A DNA stretch of 33,177 bases from NCBI GenBank assembly GCA_036149055.1, contig JAYZQJ010000173.1:1-33177 (forward strand), given 5' to 3'. This document shows, one piece after another, positions 1-7,074 of this stretch (position 1 is the stretch's first letter; every line of letters starts with the position of its first letter). The stretch is from Myxococcota bacterium (GTDB lineage Bacteria > Myxococcota_A > Polyangia > Polyangiales > Sandaracinaceae). Under the pieces are notes generated by a model. That model was given only the letters and a program-made list of their open reading frames with translations, was not told the DNA's origin and did no database searches. Position numbers and translations under genes: made by a program.

Positions 1-306
1 TCCCGCCTCCCCTCTCCCTGCCCGTCCTCGTCTCCGAGATTCCGACCTTCCTCGCGTCCCGCGAGTGATGACCGAGCGGCGGCGGCGGTGGCGGGCGCGG
101 GCCGGGGCCCGGCGGCGATCCTCCAGCCCGCTGCCCCATGCCCCCGTCCCCGTGTCGCGCAGCGACACCTCCTCCTCGCCTCCCGCCTCCCCTCTCCCTG
201 CCCGTCCTCGTCTCCGAGATTCCGACCGTCCTCGCTTCCCGCGAGTGATGACCGGGCGGCGGCGGTGGCGGGCGCGGGTCGGGTCCTGGCGGCGATCCTC
301 CTGCCC
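1..306. repeat. Imperfect direct repeat, 180-bp period (copies 1-129 and 181-306), probably truncated by the window edge
   Basis: The first 47 nt are identical. The remainder differs by 7 substitutions and one 3-nt (GGC) indel. It lies in the intergenic region 3' of pilS. Confidence 0.95.
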
Positions 307-321
307 CTCCGGAGCGGGACC

Positions 322-1956
322 TCACCCCGCGTCGAGGGCTGCGCCTCGAGCGGCCGGCGGCTCGGCCGGGAGGTGCACGCGGAAGGTGGCCCCCTCGCCG
401 GGGCGGCTCTCGACCGTGATCGCGCCGCCGTGGGCCTCGACGATCTGGTGCACGAGCGCGAGCCCGAGCCCCACGCCGTGCTGACGGCGGCTGTAGAACA
501 TGTCGAAGAGGTGCGCGCGGTCCTCGTCGGAGATGCCGGGGCCCTCGTCGCGCACCGAGAGGCACGGCCGCGCCTCGTCGTCCCAGCCGACCTCCACGTG
601 CACCAGACCGTCCGAGGGGGAGAACTGGAGCGCGTTCTTCACCAGGTTCCAGAGCACCTGGCGGAGCTGGTCGGGGTCGGCGTGGACCCGCACCGGGTCG
701 TCCGGCGTGGTCACCTCCACGCGCCCCGACACCCCCGGCCGCGCCACCCGCGTCACCTCGCTGGCGAGCGCGCCGAGGTCGACGCCGATGGGGTCCGGGG
801 TCCGCGGCCGACCGACCTCGAGCATCGTCGTCACCAGGTCGTTCAGGCGGTCGACCTCGCCGAGCACCAGGGAGAGCAGCTTGCGATCCTCCGGGACCAG
901 CTGCGGCGCCTCGCGGACCATCTCGACCGAGCCGCTGATCGAGCTCAGGGGGTTCCGGATCTCGTGGGCCAGGCCGGCGGCGAGGCGCCCGAGAGCCGCG
1001 AGGCGCTCGGCGCGCTCGGCCTTCTCCCGCAGCTGGCTGAGCTCGGTGAGGTCCTGGAAGAGCACCAGGCTGCCGCGCACCTCGCCCTCGGCGTCGCGGA
1101 GCGGCGAGCAGCTGAAGCCGACCGGGAAGGTCGTCCCGTCGACCCGCGTCGCCTCGCCTTCGCCCCGGTCGATCATCGAGACCCGCGGCGGATCGAGGGG
1201 CAGGTGGCGGTCGATGGCCGCCCCCTCGAAGTCCTCGCGGGTCCCCCCGAGCAGCGCGGCGCCCGCGGGGTTGATGCGCGTCACCACGCCCTCGGGGTCG
1301 GTCGTCAGCAGGCCCGAGATGAGCGAGCGGAGGATGTCCTCGTTCAGCCGCGCGTAGCCGGCCGCGCTCTGCACCGCCTCCTCGAGCTGTCCGCCGGTGC
1401 GCCGGAGCCGCTCGGCGAGCGTGCCCGCGAGCAGGCCGACGAGCACGAAGCCGATCAGGTTGCGCAGCACCGCCAGCGCCACCTCGTCGAGCGGCGGCGG
1501 GTGCGGATCGTCGGCGTGGGGCAGCCAGTCGCCGGCGAGCCCGAAGGCGACGCCCACGTAGAGGATCAGCGCGGACGCCGTCGTGACCTGGGCGGCGCGT
1601 GAGCCGAGGGTCAGCGCCGCCGCGAGGATCACCACGCCGTAGAGGAAGCTGAAGCCGCTCGAGCCGCCGCCGAAGAGGTAGACGAGGGTCGTGACGAGCC
1701 CGAGGTCCCACGCCACCTGGATGCGGGCCAGCAGGGCCGGGCGCCGCGTGCGCTGCAGGACGATGGCGACCGCGAGCGACATCGCGAACGTCGCGACGAC
1801 GGAGAGGGTCAGCGCGTCGCCGACGAACGCGCCGCCGCCGGTCTCGTCGGCGAGCACGACGCTGCCGCCGAGCAGGATGAGCAGCGCCAGCAGCCGCCCC
1901 CCGAGGAGGAGCAGCTGCCGGGCGATGGCGGGGCGGGGGGCCTCCGGGCCGGGCAC
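322..1956 (-). CDS. pilS: Two-component sensor histidine kinase, PilS-like (TM helices, PAS, HisKA, HATPase)
   Basis: H-box LAHEIRNPL, N-box QVLWNLVKNA, G1 DEGPGI, G2 GVGLGLA; about 6 N-terminal hydrophobic segments; directly follows pilC as in the myxobacterial pil locus. Confidence 0.85.
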   Translation of the reverse strand: MPGPEAPRPAIARQLLLLGGRLLALLILLGGSVVLADETGGGAFVGDALTLSVVATFAMSLAVAIVLQRTRRPALLARIQVAWDLGLVTTLVYLFGGGSSGFSFLYGVVILAAALTLGSRAAQVTTASALILYVGVAFGLAGDWLPHADDPHPPPLDEVALAVLRNLIGFVLVGLLAGTLAERLRRTGGQLEEAVQSAAGYARLNEDILRSLISGLLTTDPEGVVTRINPAGAALLGGTREDFEGAAIDRHLPLDPPRVSMIDRGEGEATRVDGTTFPVGFSCSPLRDAEGEVRGSLVLFQDLTELSQLREKAERAERLAALGRLAAGLAHEIRNPLSSISGSVEMVREAPQLVPEDRKLLSLVLGEVDRLNDLVTTMLEVGRPRTPDPIGVDLGALASEVTRVARPGVSGRVEVTTPDDPVRVHADPDQLRQVLWNLVKNALQFSPSDGLVHVEVGWDDEARPCLSVRDEGPGISDEDRAHLFDMFYSRRQHGVGLGLALVHQIVEAHGGAITVESRPGEGATFRVHLPAEPPAARGAALDAG

Positions 1957-1958
1957 CG

Positions 1959-3170
1959 CTACTCCGCTTGGATGTTCCCCGCGATGCTGAAGATCGGCAG
2001 GTACATCGCGACGAGGATGAAGCCGACCATGCCGCCCACGACGACGAGCATGATGGGCTCGAGCATCGAGGTCAGGGCGGCGACGGCCACGTCGACCTCG
2101 TCCTCGTAGAAGTCGGCGATCTTGTTGAGCATCTGATCGAGGGCGCCGGTCTGCTCACCGACGCCGATCATCTGCACGACCATCGGCGGGAAGACCTTGG
2201 TCTCCATCAGCGGCTCGGCCATCGTGCGGCCCTCGCGGATCTTCTCCGCGGTGACGATGATCGCCTTCTCGACGATGACGTTGCCGGCCGACTTCGCGAC
2301 CACGTTCATCGCGTCGAGGATGGGCACGCCGGAGGAGAGCAGGGTGCCCAGGGTGCGGGTGAAGCGCGCGACCGCGATCTTGCGCATCACCGGGCCGAGG
2401 ACCGGCATGGTCAGCAGCAGCCGGTGCCAGAATTCCTTGCCGCCCTTGGTCCGGTAGCTCGCCACGATGCCGACCGCGATCGCGATGAACATCGGGATGA
2501 TCCAGATGAGGTTCCCGACGAAGCCCTCGCTCACGTCGATCACGAACTTGGTGATCCCGGGGAGGGCGTCCTCGCCGCCGAAGTCCATGAACATCGCCTG
2601 GAACGAGGGGATGACCCAGGTCAGCAGGACGAAGAGCACGAGGCTGGCCACGAACGCGATGATGCTCGGGTAGACGAGCGCGCCGCGGACCTGGCGCTTC
2701 AGCTTCACGCGCTTCTCGATGTAGACCGCGAGGCGCTGGAGGATGGTGTCGAGGATGCCGCCGAGCTCGCCGGCGGCGACGAGGTTCACGAAGAGCTCGT
2801 CGAAGACCTTGGGGTGGCGCTTCAGCGCGTCGGAGAAGGTGCCGCCCTGCTCGACGTAGTTCTTGATGTCCTTGAGGATGTTGTTGAACTGCTTGTTCTC
2901 ACCCTGCGCGGCGAGGATCTCGAGGCACTGCACGAGCGGCAGACCGGCGTCGATCATCGTCGCGAACTGCCGGACGAAGACCACCAGCTCCTTCTCGCTG
3001 ACGGGCGAGCCGATCTGGATGGTGATCTCTTTGGGCTTCTTCTTGACCTTGACCGGGTTGAGGTTCTGCGCCTTGAGGCGGTTCTGCACCGCCTCGACGC
3101 TCTCGGCCTCCATGATCCCCTTGCGGGTCTCGCCGGTCCGAGCTTTGGCTTCGTAAACGAATTCGGCCAT
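1959..3170 (-). CDS. pilC: Type IV pilus inner-membrane platform protein PilC (GspF family)
   Basis: FVRQFATMIDAGLPL, AGELGGILD, ALVYP, MIGVGEQTGALDQML, MLEP and MYLPIF motifs of the two T2SSF domains. Confidence 0.96.
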   Translation of the reverse strand: MAEFVYEAKARTGETRKGIMEAESVEAVQNRLKAQNLNPVKVKKKPKEITIQIGSPVSEKELVVFVRQFATMIDAGLPLVQCLEILAAQGENKQFNNILKDIKNYVEQGGTFSDALKRHPKVFDELFVNLVAAGELGGILDTILQRLAVYIEKRVKLKRQVRGALVYPSIIAFVASLVLFVLLTWVIPSFQAMFMDFGGEDALPGITKFVIDVSEGFVGNLIWIIPMFIAIAVGIVASYRTKGGKEFWHRLLLTMPVLGPVMRKIAVARFTRTLGTLLSSGVPILDAMNVVAKSAGNVIVEKAIIVTAEKIREGRTMAEPLMETKVFPPMVVQMIGVGEQTGALDQMLNKIADFYEDEVDVAVAALTSMLEPIMLVVVGGMVGFILVAMYLPIFSIAGNIQAE

Positions 3171-3190
3171 CTAGAAATCTTCGCCGCCAA

Positions 3191-3220
3191 AGCTTAGCGG
3201 GGGCGCTCCTCGGTGGTCAA
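3191..3220 (-). promoter_or_regulatory. Putative sigma70-type promoter for pilC (TTGACC-N18-TAAGCT)
   Basis: Minus-strand -35 at 3220-3215 and -10 at 3196-3191, in the relatively AT-rich pilT-pilC gap. Confidence 0.5.
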
Positions 3221-3240
3221 AAACGGCTGCCACGAGCGGA

Positions 3241-4353
3241 TCATCGGCTCGGCCGCCGGTTCTGCATCTGGGCCTGGCCGTGCGCGATCATGTTCCGCAG
3301 CTCCCCCGGGTCGGTGGAGCGGCCCAGCGCCTCCTCGAGCCCGATGATGCGCCGCTGGAGCAGCGCGTAGAGCGACTGGTTCATCGTCTGCATGCCGCTC
3401 GTGGCCTGGCCGGTCTGCATCGACGAGTAGATCTGGTGGACCTTGTCCTCGCGGATGAGGTTCCGGATGGCGGCGTCCGGGACCATCACCTCCAGGGCGA
3501 GCGCCCGGCCGGGCCCGTCCGCGCGCGCGATGAGGTTCTGGCAGAGCACGCCCTGCAGCACGAAGGAGAGCTGGGCTCGGATCTGCGACTGCTGGTGGGC
3601 CGGGAAGACGTCGATGATGCGGTTGATCGACTGGATGGCGCCGTTGGTGTGCAGCGTCGCGAAGACCAGGTGGCCGGTCTCGCTGATCGTCAGCGCCGCC
3701 TCGATGGTCTCGAGGTCGCGCATCTCGCCGACGAGCACCACGTCGGGATCCTGGCGGAGCACGTACTTCAGCGCGTCCTTGAACGACTTGGTGTCCGACC
3801 CGATCTCGCGCTGGTTCACCACGCAGAGCTTGTTCGGGTGGAGGTACTCGATCGGGTCCTCGATGGTGAGGATGTGGTGGCGCTTCTCGCGGTTGATCTT
3901 GTCGATCATCGCCGCGAGCGTCGTCGACTTGCCGGAGCCGGTGGGCCCGGTGACGAGGACGAGCCCGCGCGGGAGGTTCGAGAGGTTGGCGACCACCGCC
4001 GGCAGGCCGAGCTCCTCGAAGGTCAGGACCTTGAACGGGATGGCGCGGAAGGCGCCCGCGACCGCGCCGCGCTGCATGAAGAGGTTCGCGCGGAACCGGC
4101 TCAGCCCGCGCACGCCGAAGGAGAAGTCGAGCTCGTTCGTCTTCTCGAACCGGACCGTCTGCTCCTCGCTGATCACCGAGTAGCAGAGCTGCTTGGTCTC
4201 GACCGGATCGAGCGGCGGCGTCTTCAGCGGGACGAGCGAGCCGTCGATGCGGAGCTGCGGCGGCGAGCCGGTGGTGATGTGGAGGTCGGAGCCTCCGCGG
4301 TCGATCATGACCTTCAGGAGCTGGTGGATCGTGAACCGCGGCTGACCGTCCAT
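3241..4353 (-). CDS. pilT: Type IV pilus retraction ATPase PilT
   Basis: Walker A GPTGSGKST, Asp box TIEDPIE, Walker B VLVGEMRD, His box TGHLVFATLH, and the PilT-specific AIRNLIRE motif. Confidence 0.97.
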   Translation of the reverse strand: MDGQPRFTIHQLLKVMIDRGGSDLHITTGSPPQLRIDGSLVPLKTPPLDPVETKQLCYSVISEEQTVRFEKTNELDFSFGVRGLSRFRANLFMQRGAVAGAFRAIPFKVLTFEELGLPAVVANLSNLPRGLVLVTGPTGSGKSTTLAAMIDKINREKRHHILTIEDPIEYLHPNKLCVVNQREIGSDTKSFKDALKYVLRQDPDVVLVGEMRDLETIEAALTISETGHLVFATLHTNGAIQSINRIIDVFPAHQQSQIRAQLSFVLQGVLCQNLIARADGPGRALALEVMVPDAAIRNLIREDKVHQIYSSMQTGQATSGMQTMNQSLYALLQRRIIGLEEALGRSTDPGELRNMIAHGQAQMQNRRPSR

Positions 4354-4380
4354 GGGGATCAGTCTACCGCGAAGGCGCGC

Positions 4381-5919
4381 TCACAACTCCAGCTTTCCCC
4401 AGCGCCCGCGGCGCATCCACTCCTTCTTCTTGTCGGTGCGGCTGATGACCCGGGCGGCGGACCAGGCGGCCAGGAAGCGGCCCTCCAGGCCGAGGCCGGG
4501 CACCACCTGATCGTTGCAGATCACGAGGCGCTTGATCGGCGAGCGCACCGGGAGGCTGCACACGCCGAGCGAGGTGGTCACGGGGTAGCCGTAGAGCGCG
4601 CGCATGGTGTGCGGGCCGCGGTTCCAGGGCTCGGGCGCGGTGAGGTCGAGGCCCGCGCGGAGGTCCTGCACCCCGCGGAGGTCGTGCGGCGAGTCCATGA
4701 CCTCCACGTGGTCGCCGAGGAACGGGACGAGCTCGCCGAGGCTGGCGACGAGGCGCTCGCGCAGCCCCTGCACGTAGTCGGGCAGGTCCTCCACCCCGCG
4801 GCGGGGGATCAGGGCCTCCACGCAGAGCTGCCGCCGCCCCTCCTCGTCGACCGGATCGACCTGGATGCGCAGCGCGTTGGCGGCCATGCGCGGGCGGTCG
4901 GGGTCGCGGAGGAAGAACACGTCCCGGCTCATGCCCTCCGGCACGCCGGCGGCGGCGACCCGGAGGTTGAGGGTGTAGCGGTAGTAGCGGACGACGGGCT
5001 CCCCGATGCGCTCGAAGAGCTCCTCGAAGGGCGCGCGGTCGGGCACCAGCCGCACCAGCGACGCGAGGGGCGCGCCGACCACGATCCAGCTCGCGCCGAT
5101 CTCCTCGCCGCTCGCCGCGATGCGCACGCTCTGGGCGGCGCCGCGCTTGACCTGGATGCCGTCGATCTTCTCCGGGTCGCGCACCTCGCCGCCGTGGGTG
5201 CGGATGCTCTCGACCAGCATGTCGCGGAGCGCCGCGTAGCCGCCGTCGAGCACCGCCGCCCCCCGGCGCCAGGCCGAGAAGAGCCGGGTGGTCCGCAGCC
5301 CGGTGGAGTGGTCGGGGTCCATCCCGTCGGCGAACCGGGCCGGCAGGTCGACCATCCATCGAAACGGGTGATCCTCGGCGAGCTCGGCCAGCGGATCGAC
5401 GCCGCTGCCGTCCTTGCCGAAGGGATGCTCCGCGGTGGCGCGCGCGACCTCGCGGCGCTCGAAGAAGGTCTGCGGCGGCCACATGAGGTCACGGTCGACC
5501 ACGCGGTCGAGCAGGGCGTCGTAGCGGTCCGTGGCGGTGAGGAACTCCTCCACCGGGCGCTTCACCTCGGGCAGCTCGCGCTCGATCTCCCGCTCGAGGA
5601 GCGCGTCCTCGCGGGTCAGCTCGAGCCGGTGCCGGGGTCCGCAGACCTGGAACGCCGGGTCCACCGCCACCGCCCGCCGCCGGAAGAGCTGGTGCACCGC
5701 GAGCTCCGCCAGGACGCGGCGCGCCACCGGCGACTGCGAGGCGGTGAAGGTGAAGGGCTCGCGCGGGAACACCACGCCCGGCGCCGCCTCGTAGGTCGGG
5801 GGCAGCTCGTCTTGCGATACGAGCAGCACGCGGAAGCCGCGCTTCGCCAGCAGGGCGCCGGCGAGCAGCGTCGGCAGCTGCGCGCCCACGCAGACGACGT
5901 CGTACGCGCGGGTGGTCAT
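4381..5919 (-). CDS. FAD/NAD(P)-binding fold protein, phytoene-desaturase/amine-oxidase-like, with degenerate dinucleotide motif
   Basis: N-terminal YDVVCVGAQLPTLLAGALLAKRGFRVLLV beta-alpha-beta, internal GG motif (LDGGYAAL), C-terminal PGLGLEG; ATGA overlap with the purM stop. Confidence 0.7.
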   Translation of the reverse strand: MTTRAYDVVCVGAQLPTLLAGALLAKRGFRVLLVSQDELPPTYEAAPGVVFPREPFTFTASQSPVARRVLAELAVHQLFRRRAVAVDPAFQVCGPRHRLELTREDALLEREIERELPEVKRPVEEFLTATDRYDALLDRVVDRDLMWPPQTFFERREVARATAEHPFGKDGSGVDPLAELAEDHPFRWMVDLPARFADGMDPDHSTGLRTTRLFSAWRRGAAVLDGGYAALRDMLVESIRTHGGEVRDPEKIDGIQVKRGAAQSVRIAASGEEIGASWIVVGAPLASLVRLVPDRAPFEELFERIGEPVVRYYRYTLNLRVAAAGVPEGMSRDVFFLRDPDRPRMAANALRIQVDPVDEEGRRQLCVEALIPRRGVEDLPDYVQGLRERLVASLGELVPFLGDHVEVMDSPHDLRGVQDLRAGLDLTAPEPWNRGPHTMRALYGYPVTTSLGVCSLPVRSPIKRLVICNDQVVPGLGLEGRFLAAWSAARVISRTDKKKEWMRRGRWGKLEL

Positions 5920-6971
5920 CCCGCTTCAGCGTAGCGGACGCGGTCCTCGCCCTCGGCGCCCGGCATCTCGACCACGTGGCCGAGCAGGAAGGGCTCCTCG
6001 CCCGCCGCCTCGAGGGCCGCCCGGAGTTTCGCCTCGTCGCTCGGGGGCGCCGCGACGACCAGGCCGGTGCCGAGGTTGAAGGTGCGCCGCATGTCGGCGT
6101 CGGCCACCGCGCCGGCCTCGCGGATGCGCTCGAAGATGGCGTGGCTCGGAGGCGCGCCCGGATCGACCTCGGCGCCGAGCCCGTCGGGCAGCACGCGCGG
6201 GAGGTTGCCGGGGAGGCCGCCGCCGGTGACGTGGCAGAGCGCGCGCACGTCGACCGCCTCGAGGGCGGCGCGCACCGCGTCGGCGTAGATCCGGGTCGGC
6301 GTCAGCAGGGCCTCGCCGAGCGGCGCGTCGAGCCCGTCGAGCTGGGCGTCGATCGGGTGACCGGCGTGCTCGAGCAGCACCTTGCGCGCGAGGGAGAAGC
6401 CGTTGGAGTGGAGGCCGCTCGAGGGCACGCCGACGAGCACGTCGCCCGCGCGCACCCGGGCGCCGTCGAGGATCTTCGCGCGCTCGACCACGCCGACCGA
6501 GAAGCCGGCCAGGTCGTACTCGCCGGCGGGGTAGCTGCCCGGCATCTCGGCCGTCTCGCCCCCGAGCAGCGCGCACCCGGCGAGCTCGCAGCCCCGCGCG
6601 ATGCCCGAGATCACGGCCTCGGCCACGTCCACGTCGAGCTTCCCGGTCGCGAAGTAGTCGAGGAAGAACAGCGGCCGCGCGCCCACCGTCAGCACGTCGT
6701 TGACGCACATCGCGACGAGGTCGACGCCGACCGTGTCGTGCTTGCCGGCGAGGAAGGCGACCCGGAGCTTGGTGCCCACGCCGTCGGTGCCGGAGACGAG
6801 CACCGGCTCCGAGAGGCCCTCGGGCACCCGGCAGAGGCCGGCGAAGCCGCCGAGCCCGCCCAGCACCTCGGGGATCAGGGTGCGCTTCGCCATCGGCTTG
6901 ATCCGGTCGACGAGGCGCTCGCCGGCCTCGATGTCCACGCCGGCGTCTTCGTAGGTCAGGCCCTTGGTCAC
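5916..6971 (-). CDS. purM: Phosphoribosylformylglycinamidine cyclo-ligase (AIR synthetase)
   Basis: TYEDAGVDI, GTDGVGTK, AMCVND, FFLDY, GGETAEMP, SSGLHSNGFS, HVTGGG, TFNLG. Confidence 0.97.
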   Translation of the reverse strand: MTKGLTYEDAGVDIEAGERLVDRIKPMAKRTLIPEVLGGLGGFAGLCRVPEGLSEPVLVSGTDGVGTKLRVAFLAGKHDTVGVDLVAMCVNDVLTVGARPLFFLDYFATGKLDVDVAEAVISGIARGCELAGCALLGGETAEMPGSYPAGEYDLAGFSVGVVERAKILDGARVRAGDVLVGVPSSGLHSNGFSLARKVLLEHAGHPIDAQLDGLDAPLGEALLTPTRIYADAVRAALEAVDVRALCHVTGGGLPGNLPRVLPDGLGAEVDPGAPPSHAIFERIREAGAVADADMRRTFNLGTGLVVAAPPSDEAKLRAALEAAGEEPFLLGHVVEMPGAEGEDRVRYAEAG

Positions 6972-7013
6972 GGCGGGCGCACGCTAGCGCGGTCGCCCGT
7001 CCCACGCGAGCGG

Positions 7014-7042
7014 TTGACCGCCCGACCGGCTGGCCTCAGACT
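7014..7042 (+). promoter_or_regulatory. Possible sigma70-type promoter (TTGACC-N17-CAGACT) for the 7075 gene
   Basis: Motif with 17-nt spacing in the divergent purM/oxidoreductase gap. Confidence 0.35.
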
Positions 7043-7074
7043 CGTACCCGACCAACCCGATGGGTAAACCGTAG

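Noticed and set aside
1..306. CRISPR interpretation of the terminal repeat
   Set aside because: The unit (>125 nt) is far longer than CRISPR repeats, only two copies are visible, and there are no cas genes in the window.
3218..3233. Sigma54-like TGGCAGCCGTTTTTG upstream of pilC (minus strand)
   Set aside because: It lacks the conserved GC at -12; a sigma70-type reading fits better.
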